In this document: positions 47,206-58,034 of the stretch, piece by piece
Numbering within the stretch: position 1 is the stretch's first letter
How the letters are laid out: every line of letters starts with the position of its first letter
NCBI GenBank assembly: GCA_951406725.2
Contig: OX597816.1
Span: 89,962,001 to 90,026,000, forward strand
Source of the DNA: Octopus vulgaris
Lineage: Eukaryota
Length of the DNA stretch: 64,000 nucleotides
Reading direction: 5' to 3'
Made by a program: the position numbers and the translations under genes
The notes under the pieces: model-generated
Told to the model about the DNA's origin: nothing
Seen by the model: the letters and a program-made list of their open reading frames with translations, nothing else
Database searches by the model: none

Positions 47206-49209
47206 TGTCAAATCTTCTTTGTCAATGGTCCAGCAAACACATTCTCCCCAAGTGTCTCAAAAGTTACTCATTGGCAGAATTACTGTTGGGTTTGGCACTG
47301 ACACTGCATGGTCAATTGTTATTAGCTACATGAACCTACCAACTAGGTTCTACTCAACATGAACCTACCATGTTCATCAGCTGTGCAATTACATGGCAGA
47401 CTTACCTCTGTTAATATCAAGGTCACAATCAATTACAACTTTTGTAGCATCCAATATCAATACCTGAACTGACGTATTTGTATGCAATGATGCAGTTAAG
47501 CATCCCTTACAGAGAGTTTATTCTGGCCTGCACAGTGTGTTCAAAGATAAACCAAAGTATATGGTTTTAACATTCAGGGGGTCAATGTCAATCAACTTAA
47601 GCAGACTTTCATCAAGTCTACTCCCCTAGTACAATACTCCTGTATTGCCATACCCAAACAATCCACACATAAAAATGCATTATCCAACAATAGTGCACTT
47701 CATACTGACAGGGTAATCAAAAGTGGAAGTGTACATTGGCTAGCTGGGTACACTCACAAATATTTTTATTACCACAAAAAAAAATGTTTTCATTTTATAG
47801 TTACTGCAGAACTTTGCATTTTCTAGGAACTTTTCATTGTTGCATGAACATTTTTTTTTTCAACAATTTTTCAATATTTAATGCACGTATTTTTTTTTTT
47901 GTCTTTTTGTACTTGTGTTGGTTTCTCTCACTTTTCACTATTTTGCCTTTTTTGTAATGATCTAGGAAGGACTGCTGTAGTGGTGATTCAAAACCAACTC
48001 CCTGGATACACGAACAGACATCACAAGCAAACCACCATAGTTCACATGATCAGTCTATTAACCAACCAATCAACATGAAGTGATGGTGTGGACAAGTTTT
48101 CTTGAACATTCTAGAATTTGACTTCTGGTCTCCTATAAAACTGTTCAGTACACATTTTCACCAGTCAGATGACACAGAAAAATGAAAGAAACCTCCATCA
48201 CCACAAATATAGCACAATTGTTTCCAGTTATGCTTGGCAAGCAACATGTTGCTGTATCAGTAGCTTGCCATAAACTCCAAGCAGTATCTCACTCTCAGTA
48301 TGTAATTATTGCTGTAAAAGGGCAATGTAGTTTGTCTTTATGTGTGATAATAAAATCTTGTTAAATGTTCATGGATTTTGTTCGGTTGCTTCTACACGCA
48401 ACCCAAGAAACATATTTTCATTTATCAACTTAGTCACCATCACAGACCAACCTACACTAAAGGCCATAACACCACTTTTCAGTAAAAAAACTTACATACA
48501 ATCTTAAACAGTAGAGCTGAGTTAGATATTATGAATGACAGATATGTCTCAGAGAAGATACATGGTCTGCAGTGGGTTGGATCAAAATTCATAGATATTT
48601 GTGTAAAAAAGAAAAAAATAATCCATTGGGTTGTTTTTGTTCTTTGTTAAAATGGGGACTATGAATTGATGTTTACCACTTATGTGACTGGCAACCAGTC
48701 AATTAAAACTCTTTCTTCTCATCCACCTTCATCTCCTGATGGAATAGGGTTCATTTTAACTCTCTAGTGCTCTACTATAAATGAACTACCACACTATATT
48801 GTGAGTATAACATTACAGCGTCATTGTATGTTGGTTTACAAACAATTTATTCTGAAATATATTAGGCCAATCATTGAGAGCAACATTGTTATGTATTACT
48901 TTGATTTTGACTTCCAAATAAGTCACCTTCAAAATAACTGAAGACTGTAACCTATCTGGCCTAGGATACTATATAGTTATTTTGTTGCAAAAACATTACT
49001 CTTATTCTTAAAATATAATGGAACATAAATTTTATTAAGTAAACAAAACTCTTCAAAAATAATATAAATGAAGTAATGATTGGTGTGAAAACTTTATTTA
49101 GGAGTTTAAAATTAAAATCCCTCAGGATTTGAAAGTTCATCTTTCAGAAAAATCTATAAAACTGGTAAATATTTGCAAACATAAATATTCAAAATATACA
49201 ACAAATTTT

Positions 49210-49405
49210 CTACATTTCCTCTTTTTCTTTCTGTTTAAGAACTTGCCATGTATTTTTACCCATTACTTCAGGACGAGTTGTAACAAAACCAGAACAAGGA
49301 ACTTGACCAGGAACTTCACATATACACCAACGAGAGCAACCATGACCAAAATTTGCAGGATGTACATTACTTTCTTTGGGTGTGGCATCTGTAGAAAGGG
49401 GATTT
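49210..49405 (-). CDS. MRPS25: MRPS25 exon 4
   Basis: tttatag|A AAT...[23 protein letters not shown]...EM*. Confidence 0.95.
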
Positions 49406-52400
49406 CTATAAAAAAAAATGAAATAAATGAAGACTTCTATGTACAATCAGTGAATATGTAATTCTATGTGAAAAGATGCACAAAGCAGTGATGGAAGGTA
49501 TACAAACTTAGAACTAGTTCAAATACATTTGAGAGGTATTTGAACCTGTATAGGATTTTCGCTGCAGTTTGTCACGGAGAAAAAAATTCTCACTTGAGGC
49601 AACTCTGAGGTGACCAGGAAGAAAAGCTTCTTTACTGTAAATCAGTAAAGATTATTAACACCTTTTTGTCTATAGGAAGAATTTTTTCTCCATGACAACC
49701 TGCAGTGGAAAACATTTACATGTTCAAATATCTCTCAAAAATATTTGAAATGATCTTAAGTTTGTATACTTTCCATCACTGCTTCATACATGTACTCATA
49801 TATTTATTCTGGCTTGACAGCTTATTTGCACTATCAGTATACAATTTTTATTGATTTGCAGTAATGGAAGTTTCGCTTCCTAATCAGATCAAAGATCTCT
49901 TGGAATCTAGTGCTGAGGAAGACAAACAAATTTGAAATGCATCCGCTAATAGAGGACATTCTAAAGTCAGAAAAAAGCCTTTACAAGTTCGAAATTTCTC
50001 AAACATAATTGAACTGGTCTTCAGTCTGTAAATATGAAAACTTTGAAGGAAAAGCTAATTTGAAGAGTTAAGGTACATTATTACTTCAGTGAACATACAT
50101 TAGGGTGATACTCAAGACAAACAAAATTTTTGAAATACAAAATACCTCCTCAACAAGTCTAACACAAACATAAAAATATCTAGAATTGTCCAACACATCC
50201 GAATGTGCAAAATCAATGCATAATTATAAGATTTAAATAAAAAGAATGGGTTGTTAAATAACTCCATTTAGCACTTTTCAAGTAGCTCTATTAAAATAGT
50301 TACATAAATATTCAACAGCAATCCATAAATACAGCTTGAATGTTTTTGGAAGTTGTACACTCCATAAAAGAGTATTTGGGTGAGATGTCTGCAATGTTTA
50401 GTTTAATATACTACTCAGCTTTTTTTTTTCCATATCCAGAGGTTTTATTGTCACAACTGATTCAGGCTGACTTTGATAATGCATCAATTTATATTTCCAT
50501 GATTTATTAAAGAGGCATTGTAGCTCTTTATAAAATAATTAAATGGAGTTTTCCAGAGTATCAAGGATATTAGTGTTAAATAGTTCTATTCAGCTTTACT
50601 CAAGCGCCTGTATATTATGGAGATACCTGTTTGTCTTAAGACAAACACTTACACACCCTCATGTACATGCACACACACACACACACATCATGTATACATA
50701 TGTAGAATATATAAATTAGAGAAAAACCACAATTATGCAATTCAAACAATGATAGACATAAACCAAATCATAAATAAAATATATATTGTTTTAAAACATA
50801 TAACTAGATCACAAAAAGAATAAAAATGAATAATCAATATATAATAAGTAAAAGAACTACGTCAGATTCTTAGCTATGGGTTACTTAGCATGTCCCAAAA
50901 TTACTTCTGGAAGGTCACTCAAAGATACCCTAAAGGTCCAGGGCAAATGAGGCCAGTCTGTTCTTTAGCTATTCATCTAAGAGAAGGTAACTCCATAACT
51001 ACTGTTCTTGTGGCATTTGTTGCACCAGACCACTACAAATTTGAAAGGTAAGAGGGAAAGGACTAGCACCCCTGCTGTCTTGTAGGGTAATTTATTGAGC
51101 ATTTAAAAAAGACTAAGAAAGAAAACCCCTACAGAAAATCCTGAGGCAGATATATATAAGGCTGTGGAGTTGGAGTCAGAGCCGTGGAGTTGGAGTCAGA
51201 AACAATTAAAGGGTAGCTGGAGTCGGAGTCGGTAAAAGTATACTGACACGGATTCCAACTCATTTATTTTTTAATATAAACTAGTTATAACATATAGGCC
51301 TACTCAAAGTACAAGTGTATGCATATGCTTTATAAGATATGTAGACCACAATCCCTTAATTACATAAAGAGAAGTCAGAGGTGCCAATAGTACAGGAGTT
51401 GGAGTCAAAATTTTTTGTTTCAACTCCACAGCCCTGGATATATATCATCATCATCATTGTTTAATGTCCGTTTTCCATGCTGGCTTGGGTTGGACGGTCT
51501 GGAAAACCAGTGGCTGCACCAGGCTCCAATCTGATCTAGCAATGTTTATACAGCTGGATGCCCTTCCTAACGCCAACCACTCTGAGAGTGCTTTTTACGT
51601 ACCACCAGCATAGGAGCCAGTCAGGCAGGCCTGGCATCAGTCATATTCAAATAGTGCTTTTTACGTGCCACCAGCACAGGAGCCAGTGAGGGGGTACTGG
51701 CATCGGCCACGTTTGGATGGTGCTTTTTATGTGCCACCGCCCAGGAGCCAGTCAGGGAGTACTGTCATTGGCCACATTCAGATGGTGCTTTTTACGTGCC
51801 ACCAGCACGGGAACCAGTCATTGGGTACTGGCATCAGCCACATTTGGATGGTGCTTTTTACGTGCCACCAGCACGGGAGCCAGAGCTAGTCAGGTGAACT
51901 TGACTATATGGCTATATATCTGCCTATATGGTTAACCAGCATCTGGCGTCCCCGGCAACTCCATAAATGTTGCAAAGATATTGACTCGTCTCCCCTTCAT
52001 GGCATGTCCATGATTAGCAAAGAGGTAAGGAACTTTCTTCTGGAACAGCCAAAGCACAGCAGAAGTGGTTAAGTTACTGTCTCTGAAAAACTGTAGATCA
52101 ATAATAGAATAGATCAACCATATCTATACATGGAAGGCTTCTTCCAGTTTTCCTCAATCAAACCCACTAACAAGGCTTCAGTCAACCCATGGCTATAGTA
52201 GAACCCAAAGTTCTGCACTGTATTCACTCATTCCATTTGACTGATATGTGGTCTTTGAGTAAGTTGTGATACAAATATACACTTTAATTTCTACAAGGAT
52301 TAAAGATTATTTAAAGTTCAATCTAGACTAATCTTCAAAAACAAAAATAAACCTTAATCTTTTAAATAACAAAAAGTATTAAAACATACTGGGTTTTACA

Positions 52401-55400
52401 AAAGATTTTCCTAATGTGTTCATGAATTTCTTCTTGTTCTTTGTTGTAAACATCCATAACAACTTTTTCACCAGAATCTGTAAAAGTAAAAGAATTGCTA
52501 AGTAGAAACAATTACAATAGAATGAATATATTGTGATTTTGGGGAAAAAAAAAGTTCTATACTAACTTTGAGGATGTTGCCAGATGTATTATTGCTCATC
52601 TTTTAAATCAAGATGTCTGATCCAAAAAATAACCTATCCAGAGCTATTGCTATGAAAGTATATACAATTCTTGGATGTTAGGCTATTAATAGGCCATTGA
52701 TTAGGCCATCTAATATGAAAATATATTCACTTGAATTTTCCTTTAAGTTTAGCATGATCAAAAGTTTTTCACATTTCCCAAAATGAGTAAATTAAAGGTA
52801 ATTTATTTCAAAACTGTTTTCTGGCTGATTTACAATAACTTATTCCATGCAAACCTGATCAGAATGACTTCTGCTGGAGCAACTGTTTTTAAAGTTAGAT
52901 AACTTCCTTCTACTATGAAGTAGATGCAGAACTTGCCTTTTTACCATCTATTCACATCACCTCTCAGCACTGCTCAAAGCTGGGAGGTAATGTGAATAGA
53001 TGGTGTGTGAGAAATTTAAAAATTGGGTAAGTAATACAATATACTGGAAGTTTCAGGATACACAGAAAGAGAAAGAAGTTCCACAAGGTGGTATTCAGAT
53101 GAAGAAATATTTTTAATTCTTGGTGTAAGGTTTAGAGAATGACAAACTTGGGTTGCAAGAAGCAAAGAAGTTGGGGTAATTAGTGATTTGACATTTAATT
53201 TCTATGAAGTTTGAAGAATATGAAATTGTCATAGTAGAGATGGAATGCTAGGTATATTTGAATCTTTTAGAGAGTTAACTGCTCAGGGGCTAAAGATTTT
53301 TTGCTATAAATACTATTAAATATTTAGGTCATTTTAGAAAGCATTTTGTGCAGTAGAGGAATATGTAAGCTGCACAATACTAATTAATTTAATGATAATT
53401 AACAAAATTTGAAGAGAAAGAGATAACAGTCCAAGGGAGAAACTTAAGTTCAATATTTGAGAGAGTTTTCTACAGCTCACTTAAGTGGTTATGGTATGGC
53501 TAATGAAGAAAATTTAGATTCATATAATCAGTTTAATACATCATGTACTGGAAGGTTAGTTGGGCCACAAAGGCTGCATATATTTCGTTTTACAAATAGG
53601 ATGTGCGACATCCTTTTTTTAAGCGAGTGATTATGTGAATCATAGAGTAGAATCTATATAAATGAAAACTATATTATTAGTTGCCTTGGCTCTTCTCTTC
53701 GGGGTTCAATAATACTTCAACTACCACTAACATGCTACAAAGCCCACAAGAGTATTGCTCCTAGATCTTGAATGCTGTACACAAACAGATATCTTAGAAC
53801 ACAACCAAGAAGCAGGCTAATTAGTGATTGGTATAAAGTCACAGACACACTACAGTCTCTAGTCCACAAGCATACTTTCTCCTCCCTTTCCTTTTCTACT
53901 GCAATTCAAATAACCTATGCCCTTAGGAGCTGACTGTATTCATGCCACTTCTGTTCAAGCTCTCCTAAATCACTAATTTCTCCTCCACTCATCACCTATA
54001 TTGTGTCCAGCATCCCACCACCACCATCCAGCTGTGCACTAATCTCTACACCCAAACCTTCCTCCCCACAATGTCAGCCTTTAGAACTCCTTTTCTCTTT
54101 GTATCCTTCCATAAGCTATCAACTTGCATCAGTTTAAGCATTAATTGCACAAAGGCTTGTGAAGGCCATGGGTACTGCTCCTTCCCCCAGATCCAGTGTC
54201 TAAAAAAAACAAAATCATAAATCGTTTTATGAAATGAGCAAAATATAGAATATATCTTACCTAAAATGAACTGTATAAAAGGTGTTGGTGTCATATTCTT
54301 CATAGTGAGTATTTGTAGCTTGGGATTTTTATACTGTATTTGTGGAATGTGCCAAAATTGAAAGTTGCTTTGAATAAAAAAGAAAAATTTATAAAGTCAT
54401 TAAAAACCATTTAATAAGATCATTAGGGCTTTCATCATGGTTTTCTATATATTTGACATTTAACAATATATGTTAACAAAATTATCTATAATACTTATAT
54501 GTGTGTGTTGTGGCTGGTCTTTGTGTCAATTTGAACTGAGACTTTTTTTCCAATTAGGGAAATTTTCATAAACAAAAGCCAGATCTTTCAAACTGAGTGA
54601 TGACATCATGAAAAAAAAAAGCCTGACCAATAGCACACACAACAACTATACAGCAAACTCAATGAATGACATCAACATAAAAAAACAGAAAACGAACAAA
54701 TCAAAATCGTTGCTTTCAAACCAGTTAAGAGTCGGTCAAGATCTAGGATCAGGACAGAAAGGTCAGTCAGGTAGACAGAACAAAAAACAGAATGCAGCCA
54801 TGCCTTCATGTCATGTTGAGCTCCACTCAGTGTCAGATGTCGACAGCCAGACCCACCAAATATGAAGAGTCTGTAGTAACACAAATGATCCGCATTCTAC
54901 TAGCTTAAGAATTCTCTCTGTCTTCTACACCTAAATATAGAAACTGTCAACCACACTGTTTCCTAAAAAAGAACTTTCTTTCACCTCAGTAGTTCCTCAT
55001 CAGATGTCCTGTCCAGTACAACATCTAACAATAAGCATTACTTGAAAACAATGACTTCTCTCATCCAGCCAGCCAGCTTTCCATTCATCTAGTTGTTAAT
55101 GTGATAACCACCACCTATATTAGTATGTCAAATTCATACATAATATGTACTAATAATAAAGCATTCCCAGGTAATTTCCAAAGTTCATACAAAGCTTTGA
55201 AACTTCAAAGTTATGTTCATTTACAGAGTACAAGGGGAAAAAATCTGTTTCACTATTCTTGATAAATGTTTCAACAGCAAAGGCATATTGTGCTCTGGTC
55301 CAAACCATGATGGCAACTAAGAAAAAATAAAAAAACATTTGCTACCTGAAAACACCATTAATCCCTGCCAAACTGCACTGGTGCCACACCAATGGCCACA

Positions 55401-57654
55401 TAAAATATGGAAGGTTTTTCAGTTGCACCTTGTGTTATAACCTTCCTCTTCTTATGGCTGAGTTCCAACCCAAATCCACTTGTCACACCTCTTGGTCCAA
55501 CATCACTGCCTCGAGGTCCTGGATACATTCCAGGCCAGTGTCTGAAATCAAGTTATCAATGTAAGTGTGACGAGGTAAGCATCACCATGAAGTAGATTCC
55601 ACAAGACTAATTCAAATGTTTGCAGTTCAGGGTGGCATACACAGCGACCAGATAGTCACAGCTGTCTTGGCCTGATCTTGCTAGCTTTTGGCAGGTCTCC
55701 ATAAAGGCATTTGTTTCTCAAATGTTACTACCATTTCACATTTAGGGCCGTTTGTAGTATCCTTGTGTAGCAGCCATCTAACCTGTTCAATAATTTCTTT
55801 GTCAGTGTCTGTGTTTCACTGCCATATAATAATACTGATTCAACAGCTGAACCCATTCCCACAATTTTTCCACCCATCAAAGTGTTCAACCATATCCTCC
55901 ACATAAATTCCAATGATGATGAAGTAATGATTATGTGTAAGCCGGTGGGGGGGGGGGATACTGTCACTAAACATCATGGAATAAATATGTCTGGAGTCAG
56001 AGTATTACCAACATGAAAGCTCGAAATTTCGTTTGCAAGATTCATGATGTGAACTCGTGTTTTAAAACAAATCTTGATGTATCTTGTGAGGGTCATTATG
56101 CCAACAATAACACATGCACTGGTTCAATTTCACTTCTTTTTTGTTAGTCAGTTGGTTAGTTATCTAACCAACCAAATTAATAACGTGTCCTCTCCCAGAT
56201 CTTAGAGATTTGAAGCAAACATGAAAGCAGATTAATTGGTTAGTTAGATAACTAATCAATCAACTAACAATAAAGAGGTGAAATTGAACCAGTGCATATG
56301 TTTTTTATTATTGGCGTAATGAATGTCCCAATATACAACAAAGCTCAAGATGTTCTTCAGAAATTTTTGGTGATAAATCAAAAAGTTCACTAGAAACAGC
56401 ACACGAATTAGTAATTTGAATGTAAAATTGAAATATGGAGAAAGATAATTTAGCAGCAGTTCATAAAATGTAGCTCATTGAATAAAGGTTAAAGTTTAAA
56501 GTGGAGTGGCGGTAGCAAGGCAACTTTGTGGGAATATTTGTAAGAGGAACAAAGCTTAAAATACCTGTACTTAACTGGTATCTTATTTTAAGCATCCCTG
56601 GGGGATGAAAGGCAAAATTGATCTCAGTAACCAAAACAAGTACTGCAAATTTTTGAAGACAATTATGCAATGCACCGCTTTGAAAATTAAACTCATTGAT
56701 TTTCTAATTATGAAACTCTATTAAACACAGTCACAATTTCTATTTTTCAATTAAAAAAAAAAAAGATATTTCATTTTATTGTCACAGAAGGAAAGTGAAA
56801 AATTATTCTAATCTGCATTAAAAAACTTCAATTTTGAAAACGATTTTTTTTTTCATAACTAATTTTTCCGTATTTTTAAACGTAGAATTCCTCAATAAAA
56901 GTTCATAACAAAAACTTGACGCGGGGGTGGTTACAAATTTCAAAAAACTGTTTTCTCTCTTTTTTCTTCCAAATATTTATCTCCGTTATTGAAAACATAC
57001 GAATCCGAAGAAAGTTTACGAAAAAGAGAATAACAAGGGTGCTATTCAAAACGGAGAAATTGAAACGTCCTTAAAACTCAAACTGAGAGCACTTTCGTTT
57101 TGTATTTGTCAATACTTAAGTCAATCTTGTGTGTATGGAACAAGATCGGGGTCATTAGATGTAAACTTATACAAGAATTTATCGTAAAAAATATTTTCGC
57201 CTAATATTAAGAATTTATAAGTTTTGTTACATATCCAAGCTTCGATGTTCCACGAAGTTTAACCCCACAAAGTTATGACCTCTTAGATATTTTCCTCGTG
57301 GTATATCAACTAAATTATCTTTTACCAAACTTAAAGATCTACCTTTCTCAGAAAAAAAAAAAAAAAAGATACATTAAACCTAAACCAATAATTTTACTAG
57401 AATCGGAAAGATCGTCATAAATACAAGCGTGTGAAGTAGAGATTGTGCGAAAATAAACGGTTTCAATAAAAAAGAAATTAGTTGTCATTGATTTAAACGC
57501 AACAACAAAACACTTACTAAGCTCCTTTACTTGCTGCATGTCCTGTGTTATAATTAATTATCATTACTTGAACATTTTTCTTAAAAACAAGTGCCCCATT
57601 TTTAAGATATTGTAAAGTCCTACGAATAGGAGCACGACCTTTCATAAAAGGCAT
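49210..57654 (-). CDS. MRPS25: Mitochondrial ribosomal protein S25 (mS25), 4 exons, 175 aa
   Basis: Exons 57518-57654, 54261-54367, 52390-52477 and 49210-49405 total 528 nt in frame: [17 protein letters not shown]...[10 protein letters not shown]...KNMTPTPF...HPANFG...[11 protein letters not shown]. Confidence 0.96.
49483..49784. mobile_element. MITE-like long inverted repeat
   Basis: About 105-bp arms: AAGCAGTGATGGAAGGTATACAAACTTAG... and ...CTTAAGTTTGTATACTTTCCATCACTGCTT. Confidence 0.75.
51157..51436. mobile_element. hAT-type MITE with GGAGTC subterminal repeats
   Basis: 8-bp TSD GATATATA on both sides; ends AGGCTGTGGAGTTG / CAACTCCACAGCCCTG. Confidence 0.75.
51445..51885 (-). mobile_element. 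RTE 3' UTR with 5 VNTR units
   Basis: GTGCTTTTTA cores at 51588, 51654, 51720, 51785 and 51851 (period 65-66). Confidence 0.88.
52390..52477 (-). CDS. MRPS25: MRPS25 exon 3
   Basis: [29 protein letters not shown]. Confidence 0.95.
54261..54367 (-). CDS. MRPS25: MRPS25 exon 2
   Basis: [35 protein letters not shown]. Confidence 0.95.
55225..55400 (-). mobile_element. Tc1/mariner-superfamily transposase start fragment
   Basis: [21 protein letters not shown] resembles the N-termini of such transposases. Confidence 0.4.
55440..55860 (-). mobile_element. RTE-like LINE C-terminal remnant
   Basis: [39 protein letters not shown]. Confidence 0.75.
56093..56322. mobile_element. MITE-like inverted repeat
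   Basis: About 85-bp arms containing ATGCACTGGTTCAATTTCAC / GTGAAATTGAACCAGTGCAT. Confidence 0.75.
57518..57654 (-). CDS. MRPS25: MRPS25 exon 1
   Basis: [45 protein letters not shown]|gtaagt. Confidence 0.96.
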
Positions 57655-57910
57655 GTTTCTAAGATGTTATTTCTCACGCGAGGAAATATCTCCGAATTTA
57701 CTTAAAACGACATGTTATCAAAAACAGGTAACTGTTGCAAAATTTGAAAGGATTTATTAAATGATAAAATAATAAATAGTCAAAAAGTGTTATATATGAA
57801 TTTATAAAACTACAAATTATACATGAAATTATATCTCTTTTTCAATCACTTTCATTTTGAATTACGGCAAATGTCGTAAAGTAATAGATTCATACAAAGC
57901 AGACGAAAGA
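57655..57910. promoter_or_regulatory. Bidirectional promoter between MRPS25 and ARMC10-like
   Basis: Only 256 bp separate the two divergent start codons. Confidence 0.75.
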
Positions 57911-58034
57911 ATGGCGACTGCGGCACCGCTGTCACATCAAGGTCGAATAGTGCTGATTGCAGCACTGGCTGGGGGTTTATTTTTTCTTGGATTTATTTTC
58001 AGTAAAAAATACTTCAAAAACAAAACTAAATTAG
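57911..58034 (+). CDS. ARMC10: ARMC10-like exon 1 (TM anchor)
   Basis: MATAAPLSHQGRIVLIAALAGGLFFLGFIFSKKYFKNKTKL G|gtaagt. Confidence 0.8.

Noticed and set aside
47240-48600. Non-repetitive-looking intergenic stretch between the RTE and the MRPS25 3' end
   Set aside because: No interpretable ORF, exon chain or recognisable repeat; probably old TE debris or UTR. It cannot be resolved without searches.
51588-51885. Regularly spaced repeats resembling a CRISPR array
   Set aside because: The inter-core sequences are homologous to each other rather than unique spacers, the context is eukaryotic, no cas genes are present, and the array is part of an RTE 3' UTR.
51932-52117. ORF containing HAMKGRRV, resembling the MRPS25 N-terminus
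   Set aside because: The true exon 1 is at 57518-57654. This lies in intron 3 and the similarity is limited to MKGR.
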